Assembly: GCF_036321535.1 (NCBI RefSeq)
Contig: NC_087436.1
Coordinates: forward strand, 14,446,001-14,510,000
Source of the DNA: Camelus dromedarius
Lineage: Eukaryota
Direction of reading: 5' to 3'
DNA: 64,000 nucleotides
This document shows, one piece after another, positions 38,301 to 50,860 of this stretch. Made by a program: the position numbers and the translations under genes. The notes beneath the pieces are model-generated. The model was given only the letters and a program-made list of their open reading frames with translations. It was not told the origin of the DNA and did no database searches. Numbering within the stretch: the stretch's first letter is position 1; each line of letters opens with the position of its first letter.

Positions 38301-41300
38301 CGGGGCCAGCTGTGCCCGGAGGAGATGGGGCAATTCTCTGATGGAGGCTGAGCAGTTTGGTGTGGAAAGGGCAGTGCAAATAGATGTGGATACGGTTTTT
38401 TAGGCAAGGCCCTCTTTCCAGGGTTTGCCCGGGTGCTGCTCTGCGCCGACCCCAACCTCGCCAGAGGCGCCCCAGCTGTCACCGTCCAGCCCTGCAGAAA
38501 CTCCCACTGGCACTTGGAGGCTCAGAGGGGATCACCTAAGCTCCTCCCGAATCTTAACTGTTGCCTCCAGAAAGAACCAACTCCTTCACCCTCCAAAACT
38601 GGGAGAGAATACATTCCTGTTGTTTTATGCCCCTCAATTTGTGATCATTTGTTCCAGCAGCCAAAAAACTAAGCCAGTGGGGGACGAGCAGACCTTACAA
38701 GAGCCAGACAGATTCTCCTTATGACTAACGGTTTTCATCAGCTCCTCTGGGAGCGGCTGCACCAAATATCCTTGGAGTCTGTGCTTACAACTGTGCTGTA
38801 AAATCTAGGAAGTTTTCATCTCATGGAAGAGGGAGGTGGCAGTGATATATTTGAATCAGCTCCTTCCGTCGCCATCAAGGATCCTAAGTCCCAGCTGAAG
38901 TCTCACTCCTGCCCTTTTCCCGCTGGGAGGAAACGGGGGCACTGAGATGATTTCTCCTGGAGGTGGCCATGCAGGGTGTCCTTTTTAACCATTTCCCATT
39001 CATTGTCATGTGGCGACCACATCGTCCTCGTCTCCCATTGTCTTTCTATCCTTTTCTGCTTGGCCTTTCCTTCAGCAGCTGCTGACCCATTTCACCAGTG
39101 ATACCCAGGTTCCTGTGACCAGGAAATCCACCAGCATCCTTAATCTTAAAGTGAAGATAACGCTGACGTAGCACTTACATGCTACCCAATAAACTCACGT
39201 AATCCTTACAACCAACCTGTCGCATCCCCTTTCGCAGACAATGAAATGCAGGCCCACAGAGGCTAACGTGCCCAAGGTAAACAACCAGTAAGTGATAGAT
39301 GGAGACATAAACCCTCAAAGACTGGCTCAACAGTCCGATGTAAACTGCCTCCAAGGTTGACAGCAGAGGAAAAAGTACCACCGGGGCTGGTGGCCAGATG
39401 CCATCTGTGCTTCCACGCTCAGCATCCCTTTGGGACCATCCCACTTGAGTCTGGAGTGCCCCCTCATAACACACAAGCTCCCCCTTGATTCAGGAGAAGA
39501 CCCACAACGCTACCTTTAAATCTTCACGGCCACAGCCATGACTGAGCTAAAATCATTAAAGCAAGTCCATACAAAAGCTGCAGAGAGTAACAGCGTGTTC
39601 CAACGTCCACTAGCTCTCCAGGGGGAGCCTCGCCACCTTGCTTCCAGGCTGTCTCCACAGTGGAGACCGTCTCACTCCCCGCTCCAGAGGGATGGGGTTG
39701 CAGAATTATGACCCTGGCCTAAGAACAGGGGGAGGCCATGAGGAGAAGGGGTTGCCCGTCCTGTCTGCCTGCCCTGCCCTCCCACTTCTAGCTCCTTCCC
39801 GAGGACCAGCCTCCTTTCCTGGGAATGACCCGTCACCCACCCACCTACCGACCCCTCTCCGACACACTCCCTGCCAGGAAAATTCCGCTCTCCACCCACC
39901 AGGATGTGATCTTACCCTGTGCTCCCAATAAGACCCCCGTCCTGATACAACACAGTAAACCAGGCATCACACCCTGAGACCTGCAGGTCCAGGACAAAAG
40001 GAGGCGGGTCCCTTACATCCTCCTGACCACGGAGCGGGCAGGTTCTGGCCACGAGAACAGTCACTTCCTCCCCCTGTAACCTGTCAGCCAGACTCATTCA
40101 TCTCTCCTCGCCACTTACTCACTGCTATAGTCTAAAAGACAAAGAAAGACAAAAGGAGCTGAATTTACTGAGAAGGGTAAGGAGCATTTGTTTCTCGTTT
40201 TGGGTAGTCATTGCAATGTGGAGGTGTGGTTGCCACATGGGACTCATGGCACTGTCCAATTAGCCCCAAACACTGAGGAAGTGAACCTGACAATGACACT
40301 GCAGGGAAAGTTAATACCTGGCTTCCAGGAAGCTGTCCTGAGCCTGTGTGCTTTATTTTGTCTGTTCCCTACTGCAAAAAACTGGCTTCTGAGTTCCGAC
40401 GGTGCCCGTGACTCCGACAGTTAACTCAATGCCCAGGTGTGGCATGTTTGAAAATTATTTCAAATGTAATGACGTCTCAGTGCTGGTCAAAGGCTGCACA
40501 CGGCAGAAGTGAAAGTATGGTTTTTGTTTTGGGAAAATCTATAGTATACTTTCTTAAACCACCGCCTGATGAGAAAGAGAGGGTTTTTTTTTTTCCCCCA
40601 GGGGAAACCTATTTTTGATTTTGATGTAAACAGAAGTTGTATGTTACACACTGAAAATGGTTATCTGGTTTTTAACCACTTCTGGTTCAAAGAGCAACTT
40701 GCTATAGTGATTATGATAGTGTTTTAGGATTAAGTTCTTCAAAAGACAAATAAGATATTCCTAAATGTTATCACATTGAAATAAACGTTAAAAATCTCAA
40801 TTTGCCAACAGTTCACAGTTGCAGCATTAGGAAAGCGACTGAGTCATCTACAGGGCAGCCTCCAACAGAATCTAGAAAGATGCTTAGAAAATGAAGGTTA
40901 TTGGGTTTTCTATTTTGTTTTGTTTCGTTTTTTGAGTTATGGAGCAGGAAGGAAACTTAGTGATTCAACTTCTTATCTTAAAGATGAAGGGGGAAAAGGG
41001 TTTGCAAATAAGCTTGGAAAAACTCATCAGCCCTCAGCAGGGACCCTTTTCAGCCCCGCGGAACTTTGACATCTGGCCTCAGAGCTGCCTGTGCTGTATG
41101 GAATGGCGAGTCCTTGCTGGTGGCCGACCTGAACTGAACGCCACCATCAACCAGACAGGGACCCCCTCGTAGTTTTTACCACTTCCCTTGCACTTAGCTC
41201 CCATCCGGCTCATTTGGTTGGAGATATTGCACCTTTGAAAGCCTCAGGGCCGACTGCTCACAACGGCCACCACGCTCCGGCTCAGGCTCCCCGGGGAGCG

Positions 41301-41597
41301 AGAGCACTCAAGGCAAGGACTCGACTCAGCACCCATTCTTACTTGCTGGCTTTCTCTTTCTTTTTGTTTTTGTTTTGTTTTATGGCTAATCAAATTCCTC
41401 TTAACCTCTGACTGGCTTCACTTGATCCCATCTACTAAGCTAAGAACTGGGAGGGCTTATCATCTAGTTCCTGAATTTAAAAAGGCTCTTAATTTTGCCA
41501 AAAGCTACCCAGAAGACAGCTTTCACCACATCACATCATGCTTACACATTTCCTCTGTCCCGTCTCTGGATTATACTCTTTAAAAGAGATTAATTTG

Positions 41598-42166
41598 CAT
41601 CTGCACCCCAATGTTCATAGCAGCATTATTTACAATAGCCAAGACATGGAAACAGCCTAAATGTCCATCAGCAGATGACTGGATAAAGAAGATGTGGTAT
41701 ATTTATACAATGGAATACTACTCAGCCATAAAACACGACAACATAGCGCCATTTGCAGCAACATGGATGCCCCTGGAGAACGTCATTCTAAGTGAAGTAA
41801 GCCAGAAAGAGAAAGAAAAATACCACATGAGATTGCTCATATGTGGAATCTGAAAAAAAAACCCCACAAATGAAGCATAAATACAAAACAGAAATAGACT
41901 CAACAGACATAGAATATAAACTTGTGGTTGACAAGGGGGCAGGGGGTAGGAAGAGATAGACTGGGATTTCAAAACTGTAGACTAGATAAACAAGATTATA
42001 CTGTATAGCACAGGGAAATATATACAAGATCTTATGGTAGCTCACAGAGAAAAAAATGTGACAACGAATATATATATGTTCATGTATAACTGAAAAACTG
42101 TGCTGTACACTGGAATTTGACAAAACATTGTAAGATGATTACAAATCAATAAAAAAATGTTAAAAA
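41598..42166 (+). mobile_element. Young 5'-truncated L1 (ORF2 C-terminus, 3'UTR, polyA)
   Basis: Perfect 16-bp TSD aaaagagattaatttg (41582-41597 and 42167-42182); ORF 41611-41853 [20 protein letters not shown] is the L1 ORF2 end. Confidence 0.95.
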
Positions 42167-42200
42167 AAAAGAGATTAATTTGGGCAAAAAAAAGATTTAA

Positions 42201-42364
42201 GGGGGTAGGGTATAGCTCAGTGGTAGAGTGCATGCCTAGCATGCCCAAAGTCCTGGGTTTAATCCCCAGTTCCTCCATTAAATAGATAAATAAACACAAT
42301 TACCTTCTTCCACCAAAAAAAAAAAAAAAAAGAAAAAAAAAAAAAGAGAGAGAGAGAGAGAGAA
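42201..42364 (+). mobile_element. Vic-1-like SINE with A tail and (AG)n
   Basis: Head gggggtagggtatagctcagtggtagag. Confidence 0.92.
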
Positions 42365-42683
42365 AGACGCTATCCTGTATTAACTTTGGCAAAAGAAATC
42401 AGGGCATTTGGCTTTGAGACACACACAGAAAAAAATGGTAGAGCAGAAATCTACTTTCATATGTTAATAAGCAATACAAAGCAAGCAAAAAGTGGTTATA
42501 TTGGTAGGACCAAGTGGAAGGCTCAGGCAGTGATCAAAATGGGAAGGCCCTCATGTAGAGATCCTTGTACACTATTTCAATCCACGTAAAGTTCAAATAC
42601 CACTCTATTTCCAAAGCCATTTTTCAAAATAGAAAGTGTTTATTGTAAATGTAATATCTACTCATTATAAAAAATAAAATGAT

Positions 42684-43690
42684 ATAAACAGCTCATACAA
42701 CTTAGTAACAAAAAAAAAAAACCCAACCCAATCCAAAAATGGGCAGAAGATCTAAACAAGCAATTCTCCAAGGAAGACATACAAATGGCCAATAGGCACA
42801 TGAAAAAATGCTCAGTATCACTAATTATCAAAGAAATGCAAATCAAAACCAATGAGGTATCACCTCATACCAGTCAGAATGCCCATCGTTCAAAAGTCCA
42901 CAAATGATAAATGCTGAGAGGGTGTGGAGAAAAGGGAACCCTCCTACACTGTTGATGGGAATGTAATTTGGTGCAGCTTTTATGGAAAACAGTATGGAGA
43001 TTCCTCAAAAAACTAAAAATAGACTTACTATATGATCCAGCAATCCCACTCCTAGGTATATATCCAGAGACAACCTTAATTCAAAAAGATAAATGCACCC
43101 CCAGTATTCATAGCAGCACTATTTACAATAGCCAAGACATGGAAACAACCTAAATGTCCATCGACAGATGACTGATTAAGAAGCTGTGGTATATTTATAC
43201 AATGGAGTACTACTCAGCCATAGAAAGAATAAAATAATGCCATTTGCAGCAACATGAATGGACCTGGAGAATGTCATTCTAAGTGAAGTAAGCCAAAAAG
43301 AGAAAGAAAAATAGCATATGATATCATTCATATGTGGAATCTTAAAAAAAAAAAAGAAAAAAAGAAAAAAGAGGACACTGTGAACTCATGTACAAAACAG
43401 AAACAGACTCGCAGACGTAGTAAACAATCTTATCTTTACCGGGGGAAAGAGAGTGGGAAGGGATAAATTTGAGTATTTGATATTTGCAAATGTGAACCAC
43501 TGTATATAAAAATAGATTAAAAAACAAATTTATTCTGTATAGCACAGGGAACTATGTTCAATATCTTGTAATGACCTTTAATGGAAAAGAATATGAAAAT
43601 GAATATATGTATATATACATGCATGACTGAGACATTGTGCTGTATGCCAGAAATTGACACATTATAACTGACTATACTTCAATTTAATAA
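42684..43690 (+). mobile_element. 5'-truncated L1 (ORF2 3' part and 3'UTR)
   Basis: [28 protein letters not shown] with frameshifts; L1 3'UTR followed by an A-rich tail. Confidence 0.95.
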
Positions 43691-43933
43691 AAGGACATAA
43701 TAATAGTATATTCACAAATAACCAGCAAAAATAAAATAAAATAAAATGAAATATGGACATTAAAAAAAAAAAAAGAATGAGAAGGCCTGGATTTGAAGCT
43801 TAATCCCACTGTTAGAGAGGTTTGAATGTAGAGTCGTCATTTAAACTCCTCTGCACCGCATTTCCTCATTTGTAATATGAAACTCATGGACTAAAAAGAA
43901 TTTTTAATTTGCTGAGATCTTAGATGCTTTTTA

Positions 43934-44319
43934 TTTTTATTAATTTATTCATTTATTTAATTGATATATAGTCAGTTTATAACGTTGCATCAATTTCTGG
44001 TTTACAACATAATGTATCAGTCGTACATATACATACATATATTTGTTTTCATAGTCTTTTTCATTATAGGTTACTACAAGATATTGAATATAGTTCCCTG
44101 TGCTATACAGCATAAACTTGTTATTTATCTAGTTTATATACATTAATTAATATCTGCAAATCTCAAACTCCAATTTATCCCTTCCCATCATCTCCCTTCA
44201 ATCCTGTAACATAAGTTCGTTTTCTATGTCTGTGAGTCTGTTTCTGTTTTGTAAATAAGCTCATTTGTGTCTTTTTTTCCAATTCCATATATAAGTGATA
44301 TCATATGGTAGTTTTCTTT
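43934..44319 (-). mobile_element. Short L1 3' end
   Basis: Perfect TSD ttagatgcttttta (43920-43933 and 44320-44333) around a reversed L1 3'UTR. Confidence 0.93.
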
Positions 44320-45099
44320 TTAGATGCTTTTTAGTAAGCAAAATATATTTTCTCTTTTGTAGATGAAGAAATTGAAAATAAGGGAAGTCAAATGAATTGC
44401 CAGAAACTACCACATCAAAGGGTTGAGAATAAAAACAAGGTAATAATCAAAAAATACTATGATAACTTATGTATTATGAATTCACAGTTGACTTTGGGAA
44501 AATATTGAGGTAGATAAGGGCTGTTTTCTTATCTTGCCTTTCAGCCCCTACTTCTCTCTGAGCACCATTTATCTTTGCCGCCATTGTTTGCCAGGAGGGA
44601 CGAAGGACTATAACACAGTCGTAGCTGGCTGGTGTGGCTTTTAACAGGATTGCATGTAAGGAGAGCTGGATTTGTATACCTCAGAAAATATGCTACAAGA
44701 AGTCCTGTGAATTAAGCAACTTTTCGAAGTCTGAAGATTGCATGCTAGTAGCTTCTCAATCTTAGCCTTTTACTGCTGCTACAGAATCTTGAGCATAAAA
44801 AGATTAGGGCACAAATGAGACAGTGCCTAGAGAAAAATGGGCAAGATGTTGGCAGCTTAGAAGACAATTTCTGGGTATGAAAATCCTTCTCTGCTCTTCC
44901 TTTCTAAAAGCTGATCCTTTGGAAGATACCCAATATTAAACAAAGTTAATTTAGAAAGTACATGTGAATGAAAAGTGATTAATTTTCAAATATCTTCATT
45001 TCAATATACTTTGGCTATTTTAGTTCAAAAACGTTGGCCTAAGTTCTTAAAGCAGACCTAGAACTACATTGGTTCAGAGATGCAAACAAGAGTCTCAGT

Positions 45100-45270
45100 T
45101 GCCAGGGGTTCGTGTTAGACTTTGGACCAATAGCGTTAGAATCGCTGGGAGCTGCTTTAAAAGGAAAATTTTCCAGGTCCTCGCACTAAATTTTTTGTAT
45201 CAGTTGAAGTGGAATGGAGCCTGGGCATCTGTATTATTTTAAATGTCCAGGTGCTTGTCAGTATCTAGGG
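45100..45270. mobile_element. MER5-like hAT remnant
   Basis: ttagaatcgctgggagctgctttaaaa...ggagcctgggcatctgtatt...ccaggtg. Confidence 0.55.
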
Positions 45271-45349
45271 GTAGCGTAGCGGCCAACTGGCCTAATTCTT
45301 TGAGAGGTATCCAGTTGTTTCAGGATTAAAGTAGAGACAGTTTATAGCA

Positions 45350-45605
45350 AAAGTTTAGTGCAAGTTAGAAACCTGACAGGGAATAGATGACATCCCCAAA
45401 CTGGAAAATTTGAAGAAAGATTAATAAAGAGAAGAATTATAAAAGCATGTGTAGGGTGTAGGAAGCCCACAGGGTGCAGAACCCCTAGAATGAGCCACCA
45501 CCACCCTAAGCCTAAGGGCCAAGGAAAGGAAAGGAGTGCTATTGGAACCAACAGAGGGTAGTTGTATAAACAGGACAGGATTTACAGTCTTGAGAGAGGA
45601 TGCAG
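45350..45605 (-). mobile_element. Old ERVL-type LTR, continuing in pieces to about 46550
   Basis: ttaataaagagaa...gtgtagggtgtaggaagcccaca..., resuming after nested insertions with ...agagcaggagagcccattgatgtag. Confidence 0.45.
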
Positions 45606-46122
45606 ACTTTGTACACAATGTTCATAGCAGCTTTATTCACAATAGCCAAAAGGTGGAAACAACCCACATGCCCATCAATAGATGAGTGGATCAACAAAAT
45701 GCCGTATATCCAGACAAAGAAATATTATTCAGCCTTAAAAAGGGTTGAAATTCTGATACATGCTATGGCATGCCTGAATTTTGAAAACATTTTGCTATGT
45801 GAAATAAGCCAGACACAAAAGGACGAATATCATATGATTCCACTTACAAGAGGTACCTAGACTAAGCAAATTCATAGAAACAAAAAGTAGAATAGAAATG
45901 ACCGGGGAGGGGTGATGAAGAGTTATTGTTTAATGGAGATGGAATTTCTGCTTGGGATGATGAAAAAGTTCTTGAAATGGATACTAGTGATGGTTGCACA
46001 ATACTGAGAATGTACTTAACACCACTGAATTGTACAACTAAAAATGGTTAAAATTGTAAATGTTATTTTTTTCTTTTACCACAATAAAAAAAAAAAATAC
46101 AGGTTTTAAAAAAGAAAAAAAA
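45606..46122 (+). mobile_element. L1MB-like 3' end
   Basis: [28 protein letters not shown]; typical 3'UTR (gatggttgcacaatactgagaatgtact) and polyA. Confidence 0.88.
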
Positions 46123-46169
46123 GATGCAGCGAACCCACAGTGATTCTTCAGGGGCCAAGATCCAAATTC

Positions 46170-46302
46170 TTTTTTTTTTTTTTTTGGCAGGAAGAGGTAA
46201 TTAAGTTTACTTATTTATTTTTGGAGGAGATGCCAGGGATTGAACCCAGAACCTCGTGCATGCTAAGCACATGCTCTACCGCTTGAGCTACACCGTCCCC
46301 CA
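46170..46302 (-). mobile_element. Vic-1-like SINE
   Basis: Perfect TSD caagatccaaattcttt (starting 46156 and 46303). Confidence 0.93.
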
Positions 46303-46328
46303 CAAGATCCAAATTCTTTATTCTACCA

Positions 46329-46438
46329 GGCAGAGGGTAATAGCTCAGTGGTAGAACATATGCTTAGCATGCACAAGGTCCTGGGTTCAATCTTTAGTAC
46401 TGCCATTAAATAAATGAATAAATAAGATATTTAAAAAA
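46329..46438 (+). mobile_element. Vic-1-like SINE
   Basis: atagctcagtggtagaac...ggttcaatc followed by a (taaa)n tail. Confidence 0.9.
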
Positions 46439-47020
46439 TTTGTCTATACAAATTCTTTGTCCTATCACCTTCCAGCTGTGGCCAGAGTCTCTCATTTGTT
46501 GACTCCTCCTGGAACACACAGAGCAGGAGAGCCCATTGATGTAGTTACGAGAAGAAGGTGTGGCGAGACCCAAGGAAGCTGGAAAGCTGGGTCCTGTCAT
46601 TCAATCAACTGTTCTCCAGAGGAAGCAGCAGACCACCTACCAGAACAACATCAAAAAGTGTTGGATTGACAAAAGCTGATGGCAGGTGTTTTTTCCTGAT
46701 CCAGAAACAGCCAGACACGACCAGTAAGCACAACAGTGTGTTTTCCAATTAACCTAGAAAATCTCTGTTTAAATGCCATGATGTTCATTTCTATCTTTTG
46801 ATCTGAATCTACCTTAAGGAAATCATCAGAAATGCAAACTAAAAATTACATACAAGGTGATTCACTAAAAAAATTTTTATAATCACCGAAAAGAAGCAAC
46901 TAAATGTCCAGACTGCACAATATATTAAATGAGAAAGCAGGCTGCTCACTGAATATAGGGTATCATGCCAATTGCCTAAGAGGCTGCAAAGGACACTAAA
47001 ATATTAGAATGATTATCTTT

Positions 47021-47132
47021 TTTATTATTATTATTATTTTTTTTTTTACTGGAGGTACTGGGGATTGAACCCAGGACCTTGTTTATGCTAAGCATGCACT
47101 CTGCCACTGAGCTATACCCACATCACACACCC
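47021..47132 (-). mobile_element. Vic-1-like SINE
   Basis: TSD agaatgattatcttt (47006-47020) and agaatggttatcttt (47133-47147). Confidence 0.92.
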
Positions 47133-48324
47133 AGAATGGTTATCTTTGAATGATTGAATTAAGTATGTTTTTTTTCTCTTTTTCAAGCTTTCTTTCAACA
47201 TTTCTGTATTGAACACGATTTACTCTTATAATCAAGAAAAAGCAACGCATGTTATTTTCTTTAAACCTCATATTTGCCTCACATGATAAATATTCCCAAC
47301 ATAGAGACCTCCAGAATCTCCTCTGCCCTCCCGTATAAAAGGCATTGATTACCTGCTGGCTGCCTATTAATTTGAAAGGAAGCAGCCCAGGAGGGCAGCC
47401 ACCTCCTCTGAAATAGGCAAGCGTGTGTGGCTGAGGGTGCAGCTTCCTTTGATGGAATCTTGCTAAACAACGAAATTCTATCTCCTGCAAGAAATGATTT
47501 CTGCTGGCTGTGCAAACCTCGGGCTGGAGCCTGCCCTTGGAGAGGCGGCTGCATTACCATGTATTTGTAAAATCAGCAGAGCCTGTGCGGGAACGGCCAC
47601 AGTGGTTGATTTCACAAGCGACTCACGGTGGGCATCTGCACACAGAAAACCGCCGCTCAGCATAGACTTAGCCGATTGTGATTCCTTCTTGTTCAGGTTT
47701 TGCCATTTTGAAAGGGAGTCGTTTTACCCAGGAGAAAATGCTCTTTGTGTAAAATGAGTTTATAGGCATGAAACTACAATCTATTAACCTAAACTTGGTG
47801 CAGTCTAGCCTACTTTTTATACTTGGTTTAACCATTTCACCCTTGCCGCACTCACACTGGGGACAGCAGCTTCGGAGGGCCCACTCCATGGATGTTCAGT
47901 GGTCCCCAAGTCTTCAGGGATCCTCCCCAGGAAAGAGGACACCTACGCAGGTTAGAGGCCCTGCTGGGTCTGCTCAGTGCTCAGCCTCTACACTTAAGTT
48001 TGCCTGTTAGTGACAGTGGCCAAGCTGTATTTGGGACCCAGAGGCACCTGTCTGCTGCTGGCTTGGCACCAAGTCATTGCATACAGTTAGCAGATGGTAA
48101 GAGTTTTTAATCCCCACAAATGATGCTTTCTTCAGTGTGAAACTTGGTGAAGTCCTCAAACTTTTCATCCCATCTGCCCTCCCTCAAGTAGCATTTGTTT
48201 TCAACTTTACCCTTTAAATCATCTTCTGGAGTCATGAAATTTTAACCAGTGAAATTAATTTTTGCCATTAATGAAATCAAGAAAACGTTGCAAAAAGTCA
48301 CAAGAGGGCTTTACATTTTTTTCC

Positions 48325-48595
48325 AGTTTTCTTGAGACATAATTGACATGCATCCCTGGATAAGTTTAAGGCATGGCATATGATGGTTTGATTTACATCT
48401 GCTGTGAAAATATTATCACAACAGGTTCAGGTAACATCCATCTTCATAGAGAGATACCATAAAAAAAAAAAAAAGGACAGAAAAAAGGAAAAAAATTTCT
48501 ACTTGTGTTGAGAACTCATGGGGTTTACCCTCTTAACAGCTTTCTTGTATATCATACAGCTGTGTTAGTTAAAGTCATCATGTTGTACATTATAA
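48325..48595 (-). mobile_element. L1 3' end fragment (older)
   Basis: ttgagacataattgacat...taagtttaagg...gtcatcatgttgtacatt. Confidence 0.7.
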
Positions 48596-50614
48596 ATTTT
48601 TAAAAATTACAATACAAAAGTAAACCATTGAGAGAAGTCATTCTTAGCCAATTAGGGTAAGCACAGCAAAAAAAATGTGTGAACCTTTTTGGACACACTC
48701 CCTGGGTCACATCCCCAAAGAGTCTGACCTAGCAGCTCTTGGGTGGAGACTGCACATCTGTATATTGAAAATGCTCCACTTAAAAGCAATTGCATTAGGA
48801 AAAAAAATTACTGGAAAAAATGAGGCAATTCTAATAGTGTTTATTGTTAGTAGAGTATCTTCCGAAGGATGGTATTTTTTTTTCTTTTATTCTTGGTTGC
48901 ATCCAGACAAAAGAAAAGTTTACCCACTGCTTATTCTCACCCCACACCACTGACTTAAGACTTGAGGGAGATCCAAGAAGACAGCCACCTCAACATAAGG
49001 CAGACGGGTTATCTTCCTACATTAATGATGTCTTTCATAACTGAGCGGCTTACTTTCTCCACAATTTTCCAAGTTATGGCTGAAAGCTCCCTGATCTCAA
49101 GCCAGAGCAAGAGGGAAGTCGTATTTCTTAATGATTCATAAGGCATTATTTCCAGAGAGAAATTAAGTGTGAGTATAAATAACTTGGCCAAGCATACCAA
49201 AGATGGAGACAGACCTTTCTGAAGATGCAGAACATAAAACTGTGGTTGCCTTTGACTAAACATAATGTATCTATTCACATAGAGGAAAATGGAACTTTTG
49301 AAACCTGTATTGAGCAAAAAGCTTAATTCCTTTTTTTCCCCTTCTATTCTACATCAACGTATCACACTATTGAAGTTATCGAAACAGTATCAGAGAAGCC
49401 CGGGAAGGGAGGCAAGACTGCCCAGGTTTTTTCGCCATGTGACCAGAGTTCTGAGAAAACGGTTATACTGTCAGGTCAGGTGGCAAACGTTCAGTTAACA
49501 CAAAGGGAAGTACTGCAATCAAAGAATCATTTCTCTATTAACTTAAAAATACAGAGTGGTGATTGTATGTTACTGTTACTTCCCGGCCAACGAGTCCATC
49601 TGTCTGGGTGAGCCCTCAGGAAAGGTCTTGATAGTGCCTGCCGCGAAGGAAAGACCCAGATTCATTTTCAAGGAAAAGACGCAGATTCATTTTCAAGTGG
49701 CAATGCTTGCAAAAACAATGATGCTTTGTGAGCTCTCTGCAAATACAAAGTGATCCATACAGAAGAAGCTGGGGATTTATACTCCCAGAAACAGAGATAT
49801 TAGCAACTGGAACGAGCCCTTCACAATTTCTCAGGTGGTATAGGATTTCTGTCCACTATCTTATTAGGGATAGTGAGGACAGACTTCCACACCCTATCTG
49901 GGACAAAATAATAGCAATAGCTGGACAAGGAGGTCCCTTGAAGATGAGGCTAAATGAGTTGAACGCAAGAGCAGAATCAGCCTGCAGTCTTAAGTTTGAG
50001 GACTGCCCTGTGAGCATGCTGCTGTTATCTGGGAGTTTGTTTTAAAAACGCTGCAGCATCTGGCCTAGATCTTTCCAGAGAAAGGATTGCTAAGTAGGAG
50101 CAGAATGATCGCATCATTCACACTTGAACTCCACGCGATGAGCACATTTGTTTGTCCTCATTAAGTGCAGCGTAGCCAGAGCTAACCGACATGCAGAGGC
50201 AGTGGGCTGGGGCAGGGCCAGCGAGCCAGGAGTTGGTCAGAAGAGCCAGGCTCTGCCCTCCGGACGCCTGAGACAGGCTTGGCAGCCTGGGGAAATTAGC
50301 TGCTTCTTTGAGATCTTGGGTAACTTGACAGTAAGTAGAGGCATTTAGGTTGAGGTTTTCCAGAAGCCCCTGAGGTCCCAGGAAATGCCCAAGGCCACCT
50401 CTGGGGTCCGGAGGAAACCCAGACAGGGACGATGCCTACAGGAGTTTGCCCCCATTTTAAGCAGAGCATCTTGGATTGGATCCTTTATATACATTGAGTT
50501 CGAAGTAAGACTGATTTTTAAAGGTGTGAGAACCGTAGGACGAGCTAAACATCACATACTTTACTTAGGAAAAGGCAAGGTGTGGAATCTGATCATCTTT
50601 CTTCATGGCCAAGC

Positions 50615-50860
50615 ACTATTGTGGTTAGAAGCATGATCTCTGGAGCCAGCTTGCCTGGGTTCAACCCCCACCTCTTCTACCTGGAGCTGGGTGACCTTGA
50701 GTGAGTTTCTTAACTTCCCTATGCCTCAGTTTCCTCATCTGTTACGTGTGTAATAACAGCAGTTGCCTCATAGGATTCTCATGAGAATTAGATGATGTAA
50801 TATATACGAAGCCCTGAGAACAGTGCCCAGCACATAAACAAGTGTCTTTTATTATTATTG
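50615..50860 (+). mobile_element. MIR SINE, near full length
   Basis: gtggttagaagc...ctggagccag...gggttcaa...gtgaccttg...gcctcagtttcctcatctgt...gaacagtgcccagcacata. Confidence 0.9.

Noticed and set aside
41611..45860. ORFs resembling a reverse-transcriptase protein C-terminus (41611, 42968, 45600)
   Set aside because: These are 5'-truncated L1 ORF2 remnants, not functional genes.
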